DNA of 39,072 nt from Vezdaea acicularis (taxonomy: Eukaryota), in contig JAPEUI010000139.1 of the NCBI GenBank assembly GCA_026025075.1, forward strand, positions 1 through 39,072, given 5' to 3'. The notes beneath the pieces are model-generated. The model saw only the letters and a program-made list of their open reading frames with translations. It was not told the origin of the DNA and did no database searches. The position numbers were made by a program, and so were the translations under genes. This document shows positions 1-12,360 of this stretch, piece by piece. The stretch's first letter is position 1. Each line of letters opens with the position of its first letter.

Positions 1-482
1 TCAAGTTCAGGTTGCCTCATGTGGTGGGATCTGAATCGAAGATGGCTCCACAAACTGCGATGCGAGGCCGAAAGACAGCCGATTAATACCAGCGTTTGAA
101 AGAGGCCAATTATTTTGAATAACTCGCCGAGCATTATCAAATTGTGTTTTCCATTGCCTTTTCCGGACAACTTTATCAAGGTGGTCCTTCGCAGAAAGTG
201 TGAAACATGCTTTGCTTTGCGTAACGTCATAGCAGAACCGAAAAGGAAACTCGTTACGAGCAATTTTTATGTCCGGATGACGAAGGTATTGCGTTCTTAT
301 GCTTACATCCGTCCCCCATCGCCGCAACCCACCGGAGTCACTAATCTCTTTATTTGAACATATATGCTAGACCAATCGGACCCACTAAAAGACGGCAGAG
401 GAACCACCTAACATCTTGCGTGAAGCCCCACAGCCTTTGAAAGGCATATTGAACCTACTATTCAATTATAACTCTTCAAAAG

Positions 483-922
483 ATGGCTGGAACCGAAGAA
501 ACGTACCATCTTACAAGAGAAGACCTTCGCAAAGCCGAGTCAAAAGTATCGCAAAAGAATGACGGTGTCATACCTAAGGACTCAGAAGTCTCGATTCTAA
601 AGGTTCGTCAAATGGCCCCATTCACCTGTCTCTCCCAAACTACAACGGACCCTGCTGAGAGATCTCAAAGTCTATAATCGATAAAAAGAAAGATCAAAAT
701 ATCATAGAGGAGCGCGTAGCCAACCTTCCACTGCCCGAACAGCCTCCTGGGAGTTCAGACCTTGTTTCTAGTGATGCACGGAGAACGGGAGAGGGTTCGG
801 GCAGAATCTCTGAAGACATTGCCCAAGGTGATGCATCAAGTGCTGGGCTCAGGCAGCCAGCGACAGCAGAATCAAGTGCAAGGATTGATGGTGAGACCTG
901 GAAGACAAACACCGCCCCGTAG
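483..922 (+). CDS. Small hydrophilic fungal hypothetical protein, 123 aa, 2 exons (483-602, 671-922)
   Basis: ATG at 483. Donor GTTCGT at 603 and acceptor AAG at 670 join in phase 0 to give ...EVSILK|SIIDKKKDQNIIEERVANLPLPEQPPGSSDLVSSDARR...TNTAP*. The NLPLPEQPP motif resembles small conserved fungal stress/conidiation-type hypothetical proteins (recalled, not searched). Confidence 0.75.
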
Positions 923-1252
923 AGCGAGACCATAATCCCAAATAAGAAAAGGCAGTATTTAGGAATACTCTATTAGTAGATGAACTATCGAAGTCGACCG
1001 TTCAAGCAATTACTACTAGAATGTTCCCTGTCTGCTGAGCTCAGTCTTTTGCTATGCTCATGATCTGTGGCACTGCAGACAGTATGCCGATGCAGCTGGC
1101 CCTCGAGTAGCTCAATTGCATACATATGACACTGTGAACCGTCCTATCTATATCTACGGCGCCAAATTGTATGCCCTATACTCCCAATGTAACCAATCTT
1201 AAAACATAATCCGATATAACAACACATTCCAACTCGCCCCCATCTCTTACTG

Positions 1253-1829
1253 CTATGCCTGCGCCCACCCTGCCAGAAGTGTCCCAATCGCAAATCCATA
1301 GATGCTCATCCATCCAATTTCTAGTCTGCCACCTTGATTGGTACCTGTCTTTACACTTCCCACGCTTCCAGTCAACGTCCCGAGGCCAATTGTCCCTGCC
1401 TGTGCCGCAGTCCCTTGCCTCCCATCCCCAGCACTTCCACCACCTAGCGTAATGACGGTTATGACATCCTGCACGGCTCCGTTAGGGAGTGTGGTCTCTA
1501 TAGTCTGCGTTGTAATTGAGTTCGCTGCTGTAGGAGCAGCAGAGGGAGCAGGGCCGCCAGCTGGCGCAACACTGTTCAGGAACACTCCATTAACTAACAG
1601 CCAAGAAACCAAAACTGAACTTAGAGACATACCCGTTTGGAGGCGGCACAGCAACGGGGACGGCGGCCGTAGTTGCTGTAGCTGCAGCTGCTGTTGCGGC
1701 AACCGCAGCAGTGTCTGTGGCCGCTACTGGAGCCGCAGGACCGACGAGTGTGGCTGCTGCATTGGCGCCAGCCTGGGCACGAACAAAACTCGTGAATAAA
1801 AAGACTGTAAGGGTTGTATAGATATGCAT
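1253..1829 (-). CDS. Secreted, probably GPI-anchored Ala/Thr/Gly-rich cell-surface protein, 2 exons (1829-1633, 1571-1253)
   Basis: Signal-peptide-like N-terminus MHIYTTLTVFLFTSFVRAQ and an Ala/Thr-rich body. Intron GTATGT(1632)...CAG(1572) joins ORFs 1590..1916 and 1253..1702. Hydrophobic tail ...NQGGRLEIGWMSIYGFAIGTLLAGWAQA* is typical of a GPI signal. Confidence 0.75.
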
Positions 1830-3892
1830 TTTTGACGTAGCTGTTAATATGATGGTAATGACAGAGGTCTGTTGATAGCTGATGCTAGGTGTGCCAGCGT
1901 ATTGACGACGATCCACGACCGCTGGAAGGTTCGATTACAACATGCGAACGATTTGCTTTCCAATCGAAACGCCTCCTCGAATGAATGACTAGATAATAGA
2001 GGAATTCTTTGGAGAGGTTAAGTTAATACTTTAGTGCAGATTGTTTGAGAGCAAGAGTTCGTTGCCAGGGGTAGATTTCAATATTCGGCTATAATTCCTA
2101 AACGGGCTAACTAGTTAACTACTGTATAACAAAATCTATCACGTCTCTGTACTAAGCTGACGTCGAGACGCGCACTTGGATTGCCTGAGAATGGGCTATG
2201 AGATCCAAACTCTTCGCGTGATTGTCTTGTAGTACAGAAGCCCTCCAGATCTAGGTCATTTGGATAGCATATCTTAAGGCACAATCTTTGTCGTCTCCTT
2301 GGGCTACCCAAGTAGCCCCCAAGAAATTCAAAGCGCAAGCTTTACCAAATTATATGGTCTCATCTAGTTTCTCCTTGATTAGCGCCCTGCACGTGAAGCT
2401 ACACGTTTACCATGAAAATATTCGTGAACTATGTCTTGCTTATTCAGTACTTCTGAGAGTTCATGGAAGTCTACAGCCGAAGACCCTCGGAAAGTGTAAT
2501 ATAAGATCCAGATTGAAACCTGCAGATGCTGAGGTGAGTCTTGTGTCAAAGTTTGTTGTGTGCTTCTATCGGTATCGTAGGAAGAGATCTAAAATTGTAT
2601 CGTAAAGCTGCCATACTTGACTCTTACATGCCCTTATCTCCCTTGCTTCGAGCCTCATCTCCAATGGGAGATCTAGGTCACTATTCTCACCAATTGCTTC
2701 CATTGCGGTGCAAGTCCCTAACCGCTACCTTCGCCACCCACGTCGCCGACACTAGAAGGTTCCTGCTCATGCGTGAGCTCCTCCATCCGCCCTTGCTTCG
2801 AATTGTAATAATCATTCCTGTACATCGCCACATCAGTAACGAGTAATGAATTGAGTAACAGCGTTCTCCGCGACTCCTCCAAGGAGAGAAGTTTTTGCTA
2901 CAGTAATGGCCAAGAACTCACTTCTCAATTGCCCATTGCATAGCTCCATAAGCTATGAGCAACGGCGGTGCGATGTAAAGCACCTGCCCTCTAAAACGCC
3001 GCCAAGTATTGAATATCGCAGCATGCATTGTGCCCGCGAGTGGCCGTTGCCGGTTCGCAGAGACAGAGTATGTTGTGACACCCTTCTGGGGTTGTGAGCC
3101 AAAATCCCCCCATGGCCCAAGGTATCTGGATAATGGTTAGAAAACACGACGACGAACCATAGAATTAAAGAATCCGCGTAAGACATAAGTGAGGACATGC
3201 GAATATGGTACAAATTGTGATCCCCAGGAAATAGAGATCCGAAAAGACGAGATAATGACAATGCTAATAGCGCGGGACAGCCAGATCGGATACTTACTGT
3301 CCAGGTGCTTTCTCGCCACTAGAGAAGCGGATCTGCGTAGGCCTCATGATTGAAGACGTATAGAAGACTCAAGCCAACTAGGCCCAAGGGATCAGGGGGA
3401 TGAGCGAGATTGAGATGGCTTGAAGAAGTCAAAAGTTGATTTCGAAGTGGAAGCGACCGATGGGCAGAGCAGATTCACGTGACCTGCGGCCTTTCGCGTT
3501 TTGACTTCACTGAAAAAATACGCCGGCAAAAACACGGCTTTTGCATAACTCAAGCCCATGGATGGGCACTCGGGGATCCAGCTAGGTCGGACGCAGAGAG
3601 TCATGAAGTCACATGATATATGAGAAAGTTCTGATGATGAAGAACTTGTCATACCTTGGATAATACGCGCGCGAGAGAATGACAGCCAGTCAACTTCGTG
3701 ACCTGTTTTCTCTACAGACCTAGCAAGGCCCGTTTTGTCTATTTCAGTTGCGACGCATCTTTTCACAATGGAATCATGATGTTCTCATTGATTACATGCT
3801 AGGCAAGAACAAAGGGGTAGAGCATTACAGGTACTATGATACATATATGTAGGGGGGGGCCTATATCACCCCCACTCCTCTCCAAAGATTGC

Positions 3893-5938
3893 TCAGAACA
3901 GTTGCTCTGAGAGAAGGTCCTCTTCTTGGTCATATACTCTTTGCTTCTGACTTTCCCTGGGAAGGCTAGGTGCAAGAGCAGTCGGGCGAGTAAAGGGTTC
4001 TATCACAAGACCAGCGGCTACTGCGACGTTCAAGCTGTCCACACCGCCAGCACCAGTCCTTGCACCTTTAATGGCCACTTCATAGTCGGCTTTCCTTCTT
4101 AAGCGCCCAAGCAAGCCTTCCCCTTCACCGCCCAACATCAAAATGCAAGGTGAATGGGGTAAGGGGTTGGACAGAGTTGTCGTTGTCAAGTATCCTTGTC
4201 CTCTTCCTTGCACGCCAGCCGCTGGCGGCACGGCCGCGTAAACTTTCCACCCTGATTTCTTGGACGCATTGATAAAGGAATCAGGATCATCAACGGACAA
4301 AAGCGGCAGATATTCAGATGATCCGGCAGAAGCCTTTAGAGTGGTGGTGCTAATCGGAGCACTGTTACGAGTAGATATCGCCAGAGCCGATACTCCTAGA
4401 AAATACGCAGTCCGCATAATCGCCCCAAGATTACCCGGATCGAGTATTCCATCCAGGAAGAGAACTAATGGGTACCAATCCACTTGCTGATGAACAGGGA
4501 CTTCACCAGTACTGCCATTGACCACTTCCTCTTCCGCAGATTGGTACCCAAGTACAACATCAAAGTGCCTAGGAGACTGCAATACTGGCAACAAGCCTTT
4601 GGTGGGCAGCTTCGGAATAGGTGATGCTTCAAGAATGTATCCATTGTGTGGGCGCCCAGTGCTCATCTTGTCCATTATACGGAGCCAATGGTTTCCCGAG
4701 ACGCCTTGCACCTTCACTTCGGCTAGACGTGCTGCTTTTTTCATCGCATCATCCCTTGCGACCTCTTGCCGTCCCTCGCCCTCATAGACGTAAAGCTTGT
4801 ACATCTTTCGCCTCTGCGATTTCAGCGCTGCCATGACGACGGATGTCCCATAGAGAAACTCAGACGCAGGTGTTGTGTAAGGGACGGGAATTGGAGCACT
4901 AGAACGACGTTCCGCGCGCTCCTTGGCTTGTTGGCTAGTTTGCGAATCTTTTTCATTCTCAATTTGGGACGTATCTGGCAATTCCTCTATGGATGCTCCA
5001 GAGGCGCGTCCGCGTAGCTGCTTACCTCTTGATCCTTCGCCGAACGAAGCAGAAGATTTATCTAATTGCCGTTTCTCAAAAAGTCTATGGCGATTGGAGT
5101 GTGACGACCCCGATGGAGAAAAGTGGTTGAACCTATCCTCTTTTCGATGCCCCTGGCCCATTGGAGTCTCCGGTCTATTTTCTCTTTCATAAGCCTTCTC
5201 TTCCGTGTATGGTCTCCCACGCTGCTTTCTGTCAGGAGCTTTTAACTCCCACGATCTTTCGTGTCGTTGATGATCTGATTTGGTTCGCCAATCCTGACCT
5301 TGAGCTTTCCCTCGCGGAATGTCCTGCGCGAAAGAGTCCCGCTGGGCATCATGCTTACTATTGAAAGCTGCGCCCTTCTGCGGCGGGTAGTCTTTCCGCC
5401 TGTTATCTGGTCTTGACGTCCTCGGGGAGTCTTTCCAGTTGTCCAGCCCACTACCGCTTCCATACGTGTTCATTCTCAAAGATGACCTTCTAACATCTCT
5501 TTCGCCATAGCCTCCTCTATCTCGAGCCACATCACGACGAGGGCGTTCCGGTCTTGATTCTTGCGTAACTCTTCGGGGAAACTTGGGGTCACTTTGTCGG
5601 AGACGAGACCCTGCGAAAGCTCTGCGCTCAGGTTTTGACCTTGTGGAGGTTCTTCTTCTCTCCACCCCTGCATCTGGTTGGTGATGGAAACCGAATCCTC
5701 CAGGGGAACCTTCATTGGAACTGTAAGAAAATGGCGCTGGCCTGTCTCTTCGAGGAAAGGAATTTTCGCGCCTAGTGCTACTCTCGTCTCGCCATCCCGC
5801 TGATCTTGAACGGCGTATACCGGCGTGGATTGCCGTATTGAGTGAAGCAAATCGTCTTTGCGACGTTGTGGCCTGTCTCGTCAGGTTTAGAAGTTTTTCC
5901 AAATATGAAGCTCCGCCATTGGGGAGAGTTTTGATCAT
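3893..5938 (-). CDS. MRM1: Mitochondrial rRNA 2'-O-ribose methyltransferase (SpoU/TrmH family, MRM1/PET56-like), intronless, 681 aa
   Basis: Substrate-binding segment PYTTPASEFLYGTSVV...RPHNG; SpoU motifs LDGILDPGNLGAIMRTAYFLG, LMLGGEGEGL and VDSLNVAVAAG; long Arg/Ser-rich N-terminal extension as in filamentous-fungal homologues. Confidence 0.93.
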   Translation of the reverse strand: MIKTLPNGGASYLEKLLNLTRQATTSQRRFASLNTAIHAGIRRSRSAGWRDESSTRRENSFPRRDRPAPFSYSSNEGSPGGFGFHHQPDAGVERRRTSTRSKPERRAFAGSRLRQSDPKFPRRVTQESRPERPRRDVARDRGGYGERDVRRSSLRMNTYGSGSGLDNWKDSPRTSRPDNRRKDYPPQKGAAFNSKHDAQRDSFAQDIPRGKAQGQDWRTKSDHQRHERSWELKAPDRKQRGRPYTEEKAYERENRPETPMGQGHRKEDRFNHFSPSGSSHSNRHRLFEKRQLDKSSASFGEGSRGKQLRGRASGASIEELPDTSQIENEKDSQTSQQAKERAERRSSAPIPVPYTTPASEFLYGTSVVMAALKSQRRKMYKLYVYEGEGRQEVARDDAMKKAARLAEVKVQGVSGNHWLRIMDKMSTGRPHNGYILEASPIPKLPTKGLLPVLQSPRHFDVVLGYQSAEEEVVNGSTGEVPVHQQVDWYPLVLFLDGILDPGNLGAIMRTAYFLGVSALAISTRNSAPISTTTLKASAGSSEYLPLLSVDDPDSFINASKKSGWKVYAAVPPAAGVQGRGQGYLTTTTLSNPLPHSPCILMLGGEGEGLLGRLRRKADYEVAIKGARTGAGGVDSLNVAVAAGLVIEPFTRPTALAPSLPRESQKQRVYDQEEDLLSEQLF

Positions 5939-6438
5939 AGCCGATTATACATGATCACAAAGCTGCCATAACAAGGAAATTTTCTGAAGGCTAAGGCGGA
6001 AGCTTTATTCCGGCGTTCGTTGCAAGCTAAAGGGCGAGCCGAAAACGCGTTAGTTCATTAGCAAGGGCGTCCTTGCAGCTCGATTTTCGACGTCGCGTAA
6101 AGTGGTGGAGGAAATTCAGCTTGGCGAATCATCACGTCCCTGCGTTCTTTCCAGTACATACTCTACAAGATTCTTTCCTGAAATTGTAGTGCCATCTGTA
6201 TTATACTTAAATCTATACGTGACTGCCATCCTTCACTAAGCTTCCATGAGATCTACGCAACACATTTGGTTCCATTATCCTTCTCAATCACAATAAAATC
6301 CAAAGTTAGCATGTCTACACTACCGACCAGGCGTGGAACAAACCTGTTATGGAGAAAATGGTCTAGATGAGCTAAGAATCAACTACACTTGAGTCCCATA
6401 GCTGGGCTTAAGCGGATGTGTTCCTCTATTTGGCAACA
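5939..6438. promoter_or_regulatory. Shared ~500-bp divergent promoter of MRM1 and the Mit1-like gene
   Basis: Head-to-head starts at 5938(-) and 6439(+). Contains ACGCGT (MCB-like) near 6045 and the palindrome TCGACGTCG near 6087. Function is inferred only. Confidence 0.5.
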
Positions 6439-9400
6439 ATGCCCTTTCAAGAAGCTCACAAGGGCGCCGGATCTGTTCTGGATGGCTCTGGCGGAGAACA
6501 AAGCGATGGAGAAAGCCCCTCCAATGCATTTAAGCAATCTCAGCTCCAAAAACCCAAAAGTCCAACACGCCGAGTTTCAAGGCCAGCATCAGATAAGGAA
6601 GAGGACGAAAATATGGTCGCCGGAAGTCATCGTCGACTAGAGATCGTTGTGTCACCAGTTCGGGACAGAAGTGGATATGAAGAATTCGAATGGAAGGATG
6701 ATACTCCGAAGCGCAAACAGCCAAAGCCTATTGTGAAAGAAGTCTTGGAAGAAGTCGGAGAAGATGATGGCGAATTACAATACAGAGTGCGATTTGCCAA
6801 TGGAAAAAAAGACGTTGTAAGTGCTAGGCGTATTTCCCTGCTATCATGTTGATGCTTCAGTTGCTCCTTATGCTTTCAAGGCAGGAAATCCTGCTGTGCG
6901 TCAATAGTATCTGCAGTAACATCTTGTTTTCTCTTTCCTCACTTCACCTCGGCATGATCAGGGCCCAGTCACCTTCCATATCAAACCCTATCTTGCCTTT
7001 TCTTCTGTCTCCTTTAGCTTCATTTGCTGCCCTGTGCCTACAACCAGCAAAGGTTGCCTTCTTATTCTCTCAGGTCAAAAGTGGCTTTTGGGAAGCTCAC
7101 CGTAAGTGAGGACACGGTCGAATACTCTTAGCATTGGGCCTGACTGAACTTGGGGTCCTTGATGTATCACGTATGCAGAATTTCGCACTCCATACGGCTC
7201 CTTGTCAAATCATCTCAGCTATTCGAGCTTCTGCTCTTTTCCTTGTTGCTTTCCTTCCGTTTCTCGTTCCTCGCATCCTGCTTGAATACGTCCATATCTT
7301 GATCCATCGGCTAATTCATCTACATTTTATCAGATTGATATCGGCCGCCTATTAAGCTGTCCAGATGGCCCAATAAGTCTTGAAATGTTTACCAGGAAAG
7401 CTACATCATCCCGCCCACAGAAGAGAAAGCAATCCATTCAGCGGATACCTCAAGAGATCAGCTCGGATAAAGAGATGAGCGGGATGGGCTCTTCACGATC
7501 CCTTCGCACGCGCCCTACACCTGGAGAATCATCTAAATTTATCAACTCGACTACGCTACGGTTCTCTGACGAAGACGACGGAACAATCGTTGTAGCACAG
7601 CCTAAAGCTCGACGGCTTACCGTGAGAAGTGAATTACACCGTAGTCGAAATAACACGTCGAAGGTTACGCCAAGGAGTTCCGTTGGAGAAGATACTTCAT
7701 CTTCGGATGCAGAGCTCTCACCTAATCTTCGTATTCAGCCTGCAAAAAGGACTCGCGCGACTCGATCGAGAGGTTTAGCCAACCCGATCCACCTAAGTTA
7801 CCATCATCACTCTGAAGATTCCGACGATTTTGATGGCCCCGTTCGCGTCGCTCGGCAGGACAGAGATGGTAACAGCAGGAATTATCGGGTACATGGTCGT
7901 AAAGGGAACCGCTCCAAAATACGCAACGCAGAGCCGCCCCTTAGAGCGCCAGGGGAAGGTATTAGAAGGTCTGAACGTGCTAGCCGTCCGCTCAAGAATA
8001 TGAAGGAACTTGGAGAGGATGACATATATGCTTCCGATAGTGTGAGCATCAAATCCAATCCACGAGTACTGGGCATCAGAGAAACTTTCAGAGAGTTGCC
8101 AAAGCACGATAACTTCCGACGTTATCACTCACCAACCTGCGACGCGTGTGGCTCGTCGGGTAACAGGACGGGAAAAGGCGTCTTGGTATTCTGTCAAAGC
8201 TGCAGCTTTTCGTATCACCAGGCCTGCCTCGGGCCGCGACGTGCGAGAGAGCATCTTGTTACAAAAGTCGACGAGGGCGATTTCGTACTTCAATGCCGTC
8301 GCTGCATCGGTACTGCACAAAAAAGGGATCCGTTAGCACCCGTTCAAAGCATGTGCCAAACTTGTGGGGACGTTAGCTCTGCGTGCAAGCCCTTTCGTGA
8401 GAAGAAATCAGCAAGGCAAGAGGAGAAAGAACGAGAAGAAAATGGTGGTGAAGACCCGATTACACAAATCGATCCTCAAATTCTCAATAACGTAGAAACA
8501 CTTCTATTCCGTTGTATGGGTTGCTATCGCGGCTTTCACTACGCTCACCTTCCCGCCAGATCTGATGCTTCGCAAGATCTCATGAATGTAGACAACGGTG
8601 TGATGGAGCAGCGTTTTATCGAATACACCAACGACTGGGAGTGTATAGAATGTGCTGAGATGCCTGCTAAACCCCAAGGCTTCGTTGCGTGGAGGCCCAA
8701 GGACCAGGAGAATTACGAACTAAATACGTCCTTCGAGATGCTTGCTGAGGATCACAAGGAATACCTGATCAAATGGGAAAACAAGTCTTATTTTAGATGT
8801 ACGTGGATGCCCGGTCCCTGGACGTGGGGTGTAACGTCAGCCGCTACGCGGAAGGCATTTGCGAAGCGTGAAAGCACCTCTCTACCAGTAATGCGGACGG
8901 AAGATGCTATTCCCGAAGAGTATCTTGTAGTTGACATTGTTCTCGATGTCAAATACCTACCTACAACAAACGATGAAAGCGAAGTGGCCGACGAGCACCG
9001 AGTGAATCAAGTGGATGAAGCTTTGGTAAAATACACCGGGCTCGGCTATGAGGAGATTGTGTGGGAAAATGCTCCGAAACCTGAAGAGAAAGACCGGTGG
9101 GCTGCGTTCGTCCTTGCATATGACGATTGGGTTCTTGGAAAACATGTTTATCTGCCACGACAATCCAAATTGAGGGAGAGAATTAAAAGAATCAGGAACT
9201 TGGATTTCGAGACGAAATTATTACGGAAATCGCAACCGGTTACCCTCAGCGGTGGGGAATTGATGGCATATCAAATGGAAGGAATGAATTGGCTTCTTTA
9301 CAAATGGTACAAAAGCCAAAACGCAATACTTGCGGATGAGATGGGACTCGGCAAGACTATTCAGCTCATTGCTTTCATGGCAACCATGGTTGTCGATCAC

Positions 9401-12240
9401 AGTTGCTGGCCATTTTTGATCGTAGTTCCAAATTCAACTTGCCCGAACTGGCGACGCGAGATAAAGAAATGGTGTCCTTCACTACGGGTAGTTGCCTACT
9501 ATGGGTCTTCCCGAGCTCGTCAGCTTGCAATGAAGCATGAACTCTATCCAAGGGCTTCGAAGGAGCTCAGATGTCATATTGTGGTAACTTCATATGAAGC
9601 ACCAGTATCCGATCAGCGATTTTTCCAGCAAGTTCCATGGGCTGGCCTTATAGTGGACGAAGGTCAACGTCTCAAAAACGATCAAAATCTTCTCTATGGA
9701 GCTTTGGAAGCCCTCAAGATACCATTCAGAATACTAATGACAGGTTATTTTCCTTCTTCCTGTATAAAATGTACGCTTCCACTAACTTCGTTCAAGGCAC
9801 TCCACTCCAGAACAACGCCCGAGAACTGTTCAACCTTATTCAATTCCTGGACAACGGTATGGATGCAGCTGCTCTTGAAGACAGACACAAAGCTATGACT
9901 AAAGAAGATATTGCTGCGATCCATGAGCTCATTAAGCCCTTCTTCCTTCGACGGACCAAGGCTCGAGTCCTGACTTTCTTGCCCCCAATGGCCCAAGTCA
10001 TCATTCCTGTCACAATGACCGTATTGCAAAAGAAGTTGTACAAGTCAATTCTCGCAAAAAACCCGGAATTGATCAAAGGCATATTTGAGAAAAACAAACG
10101 CCTGTCTCAAAGCGAGCGCAGTAATCTCAATAATATACTGATGCAACTACGAAAATGCCTGTGTCACCCTTTCGTATACAGCAGGGCTATTGAAGAACGA
10201 GGTCTTAGTGCAACGGTTTCTCACCGCAATCTAGTGGAAGCATCTTCTAAGCTACAACTCCTTGAAATCATGCTCCCGAAGCTTCACGAAAGGGGTCATC
10301 GAGTCCTGATCTTTAGTCAGTTTCTCGATGAGTTGGTACGTAATATAACCAATGAAAAAGGCCAATAAATAGAACTTAATTATCTTTAGGATATCATCCA
10401 AGACTTCCTTGACGGCCTTGAGCTTTCACACCAACGACTTGACGGGTCAATAGGCACTCTTGAAAAGCAGAAGCGCATTGACGCTTTCAATGCTCCTGAG
10501 TCTGAAGACTTCGCTTTCGTTCTATCGACTAGAGCCGGTGGTGTTGGCATCAACCTCGCTACAGCCGATACCGTCATTATACTCGACCCGGATTTTAATC
10601 CTCACCAAGACATTCAAGCACTTTCCCGCGCACATCGTATCGGTCAGAAGAAGAAAGTTCTCGTCTTTCAACTAATGACGCGTGATACTGCAGAAGAAAA
10701 GATCGTCCAGATTGGACGGAAGAAGATGGCACTAGATCACGTCTTGATCGAATCGATGGACGCAGATGACGATGCCGGCAACGACCTTGAGTCTATCTTG
10801 AAGCATGGAGCCTCCGCTCTTTTTGGTGACGACCAAGACGCAGGAGATCGTGATATTCGATATGACTCTACTGCAATTGACAAGCTGCTCGATCGAAGCC
10901 AGGCTGAGAATACGAAGACTGGCGATGACACTTCTGCTGAGTCGCAATTCAGCTTTGCGCGCGTCTGGGCGCACGATAAAGAAGACATGCAAGATGGTTT
11001 CAAGAATGTCGATGCTGAGGAGGAGGCGCCAGACCCAACGGTATGGGACAAGATCCTTAAAGAAAGAGAGCAGGCGGTGGCCCAAGAGCGAGCAGCATTC
11101 CAAGAAACTTTAGGCCGTGGAAAACGCAAACGAGATGTAGGCCACGTTCTCGAGCTTTCTTTCTTTTTGGTACTAATAATTATCACAGCAAGTCGACTAT
11201 GACACCAATCGCATTGTTGACCCCGATCTTGGTATAGACAACGATATCTCTCCTCCACAACGCCCGGGCAAGGGAAGTCGTCGTGCTAGTCGTCGTACCA
11301 GCCCAGATAGTGATACGGACTTCCGCGAAAGGGATGAAGACGAGGAACAAGATGATGATACTGAAGAAGACGCACAAGGCGACGTGGTCGATCCAAGCGA
11401 GCTTGCGGGCCAACAGCACAACCATGCTGGTATTGCGGCACCTAGTCAATTATATCACGAAGGTAACATATGACTCTCTATATCCATCACTGGAGCCTAA
11501 TCTCCATCGTCGTCATTAGTCACTTTCAGTCCTTAACTTGAAATCGAAGTTCTAACTTCAATGACCTAGACCGAACATTTCATCGAGCCAAGTTGCCCGC
11601 AAATTACTTTCCAACCAACGGCACGCTTGCTCTGCCTCCTGGTGCTCCAAAGGCCCCGACAGGTACACCCTTTTGTGGCGCCTGTGATAGCTTCCACAGA
11701 GTTGGCTACTGCCCCCTAAAGATTGCTGGCGTCGAATTCTGCCCTTTATGCGGTCTTGCACACTACGGCAAAGCGCGCGCATGCCCGCACCTGCAATCTG
11801 AAACGCAAGTATGCGCCATGATGGACGCTCTCAAGCAGAGCGTTGAGCCCCATGAATACGTCGAAGCGGCCATGAAGTATCTACGCGGTGTCAAAGGAGG
11901 TTTAGTACGAAAGAAGAAGTTGAATGAGGAAAGAGCGGAGAATGCGAACGTGAATGGCGGCAGGAAAGGCTCGAACCGTGCTTCCCCCAGCGTGGCACCT
12001 GTTATCAGAGAGATAGTTCCGCCTCCTAAGAACGGCTTGACTCTTAGTCTGAGCGAGAATGATCAGAGGGAAAATTCGCTAGGGAGGCCTTCCGCCGCTG
12101 GCATGCAGGGCAACTTTTCAGACGGAGCTGGTCCGAGCAACACACCTTCCTATCATGATAGTCCAAGTGGCACTGCCTATAGCGCTGGTCCAAGTGGCGC
12201 ACCCTCTTACAGAGTTGGCCCGACCAGCGCGCTTTCCTAG
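6439..12240 (+). CDS. mit1: Mit1/Mi-2 (CHD3-type) SNF2 chromatin remodeller: PHD finger, chromo-like regions, SNF2 ATPase, helicase-C, C-terminal Zn finger; 6 exons (6439-6816, 7334-9743, 9797-10335, 10390-11136, 11189-11462, 11570-12240)
   Basis: PHD CDAC...CQSCSFSYHQAC...CRRC; Walker A ILADEMGLGKT; DEGQRLKN; MTG|TPLQNN across intron 9744-9796; LRKCLCHP; VLIFSQF; LSTRAGGVGINLATADTV; QALSRAHRIGQ; C-terminal CGAC...HxxGYCPLKIAGVEFCPLCGLAH...CPH. All introns are GT-AG and restore frame. Confidence 0.93.
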
Positions 12241-12360
12241 CTTCCTGATTCGAGTGGGCCCCTCTTATTGCGTTGGTGCGACCGGCGCGCCCTTGTAAAG
12301 CGTAGATACAAATGGCACGCCTCTTATAGGGTTGGCCCGAGTAGCAGATGTTCTTACTGC
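12118..12360 (+). repeat. Degenerate ~30-nt tandem repeat (about 8 units, consensus peptide SYxVGPSGAP) spanning the mit1 stop codon
   Basis: Coding unit tct tac aga gtt ggc ccg acc agc gcg ctt matches downstream units tct tat tgc gtt ggt gcg acc ggc gcg ccc and tct tat agg gtt ggc ccg agt agc, which lie 3' of the stop at 12240. Confidence 0.75.

Noticed and set aside
1..357. ORFs 7..327(-) and 115..357(+), and a minus frame open to the window edge (possible ATG at 20 or 134)
   Set aside because: No recognisable motifs and non-ATG starts for the listed ORFs. A gene start running off the edge cannot be verified.
3392..3779. ORF 3392..3766(-) and a possible stop-riddled plus-strand pseudogene
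   Set aside because: No domain similarity, and the plus-frame stop density is about what random sequence gives.
7100..7170. TPP riboswitch or C/D snoRNA in the long mit1 intron
   Set aside because: The conserved TPP aptamer elements and a clear RUGAUGA...CUGA pair with terminal stem are not present.
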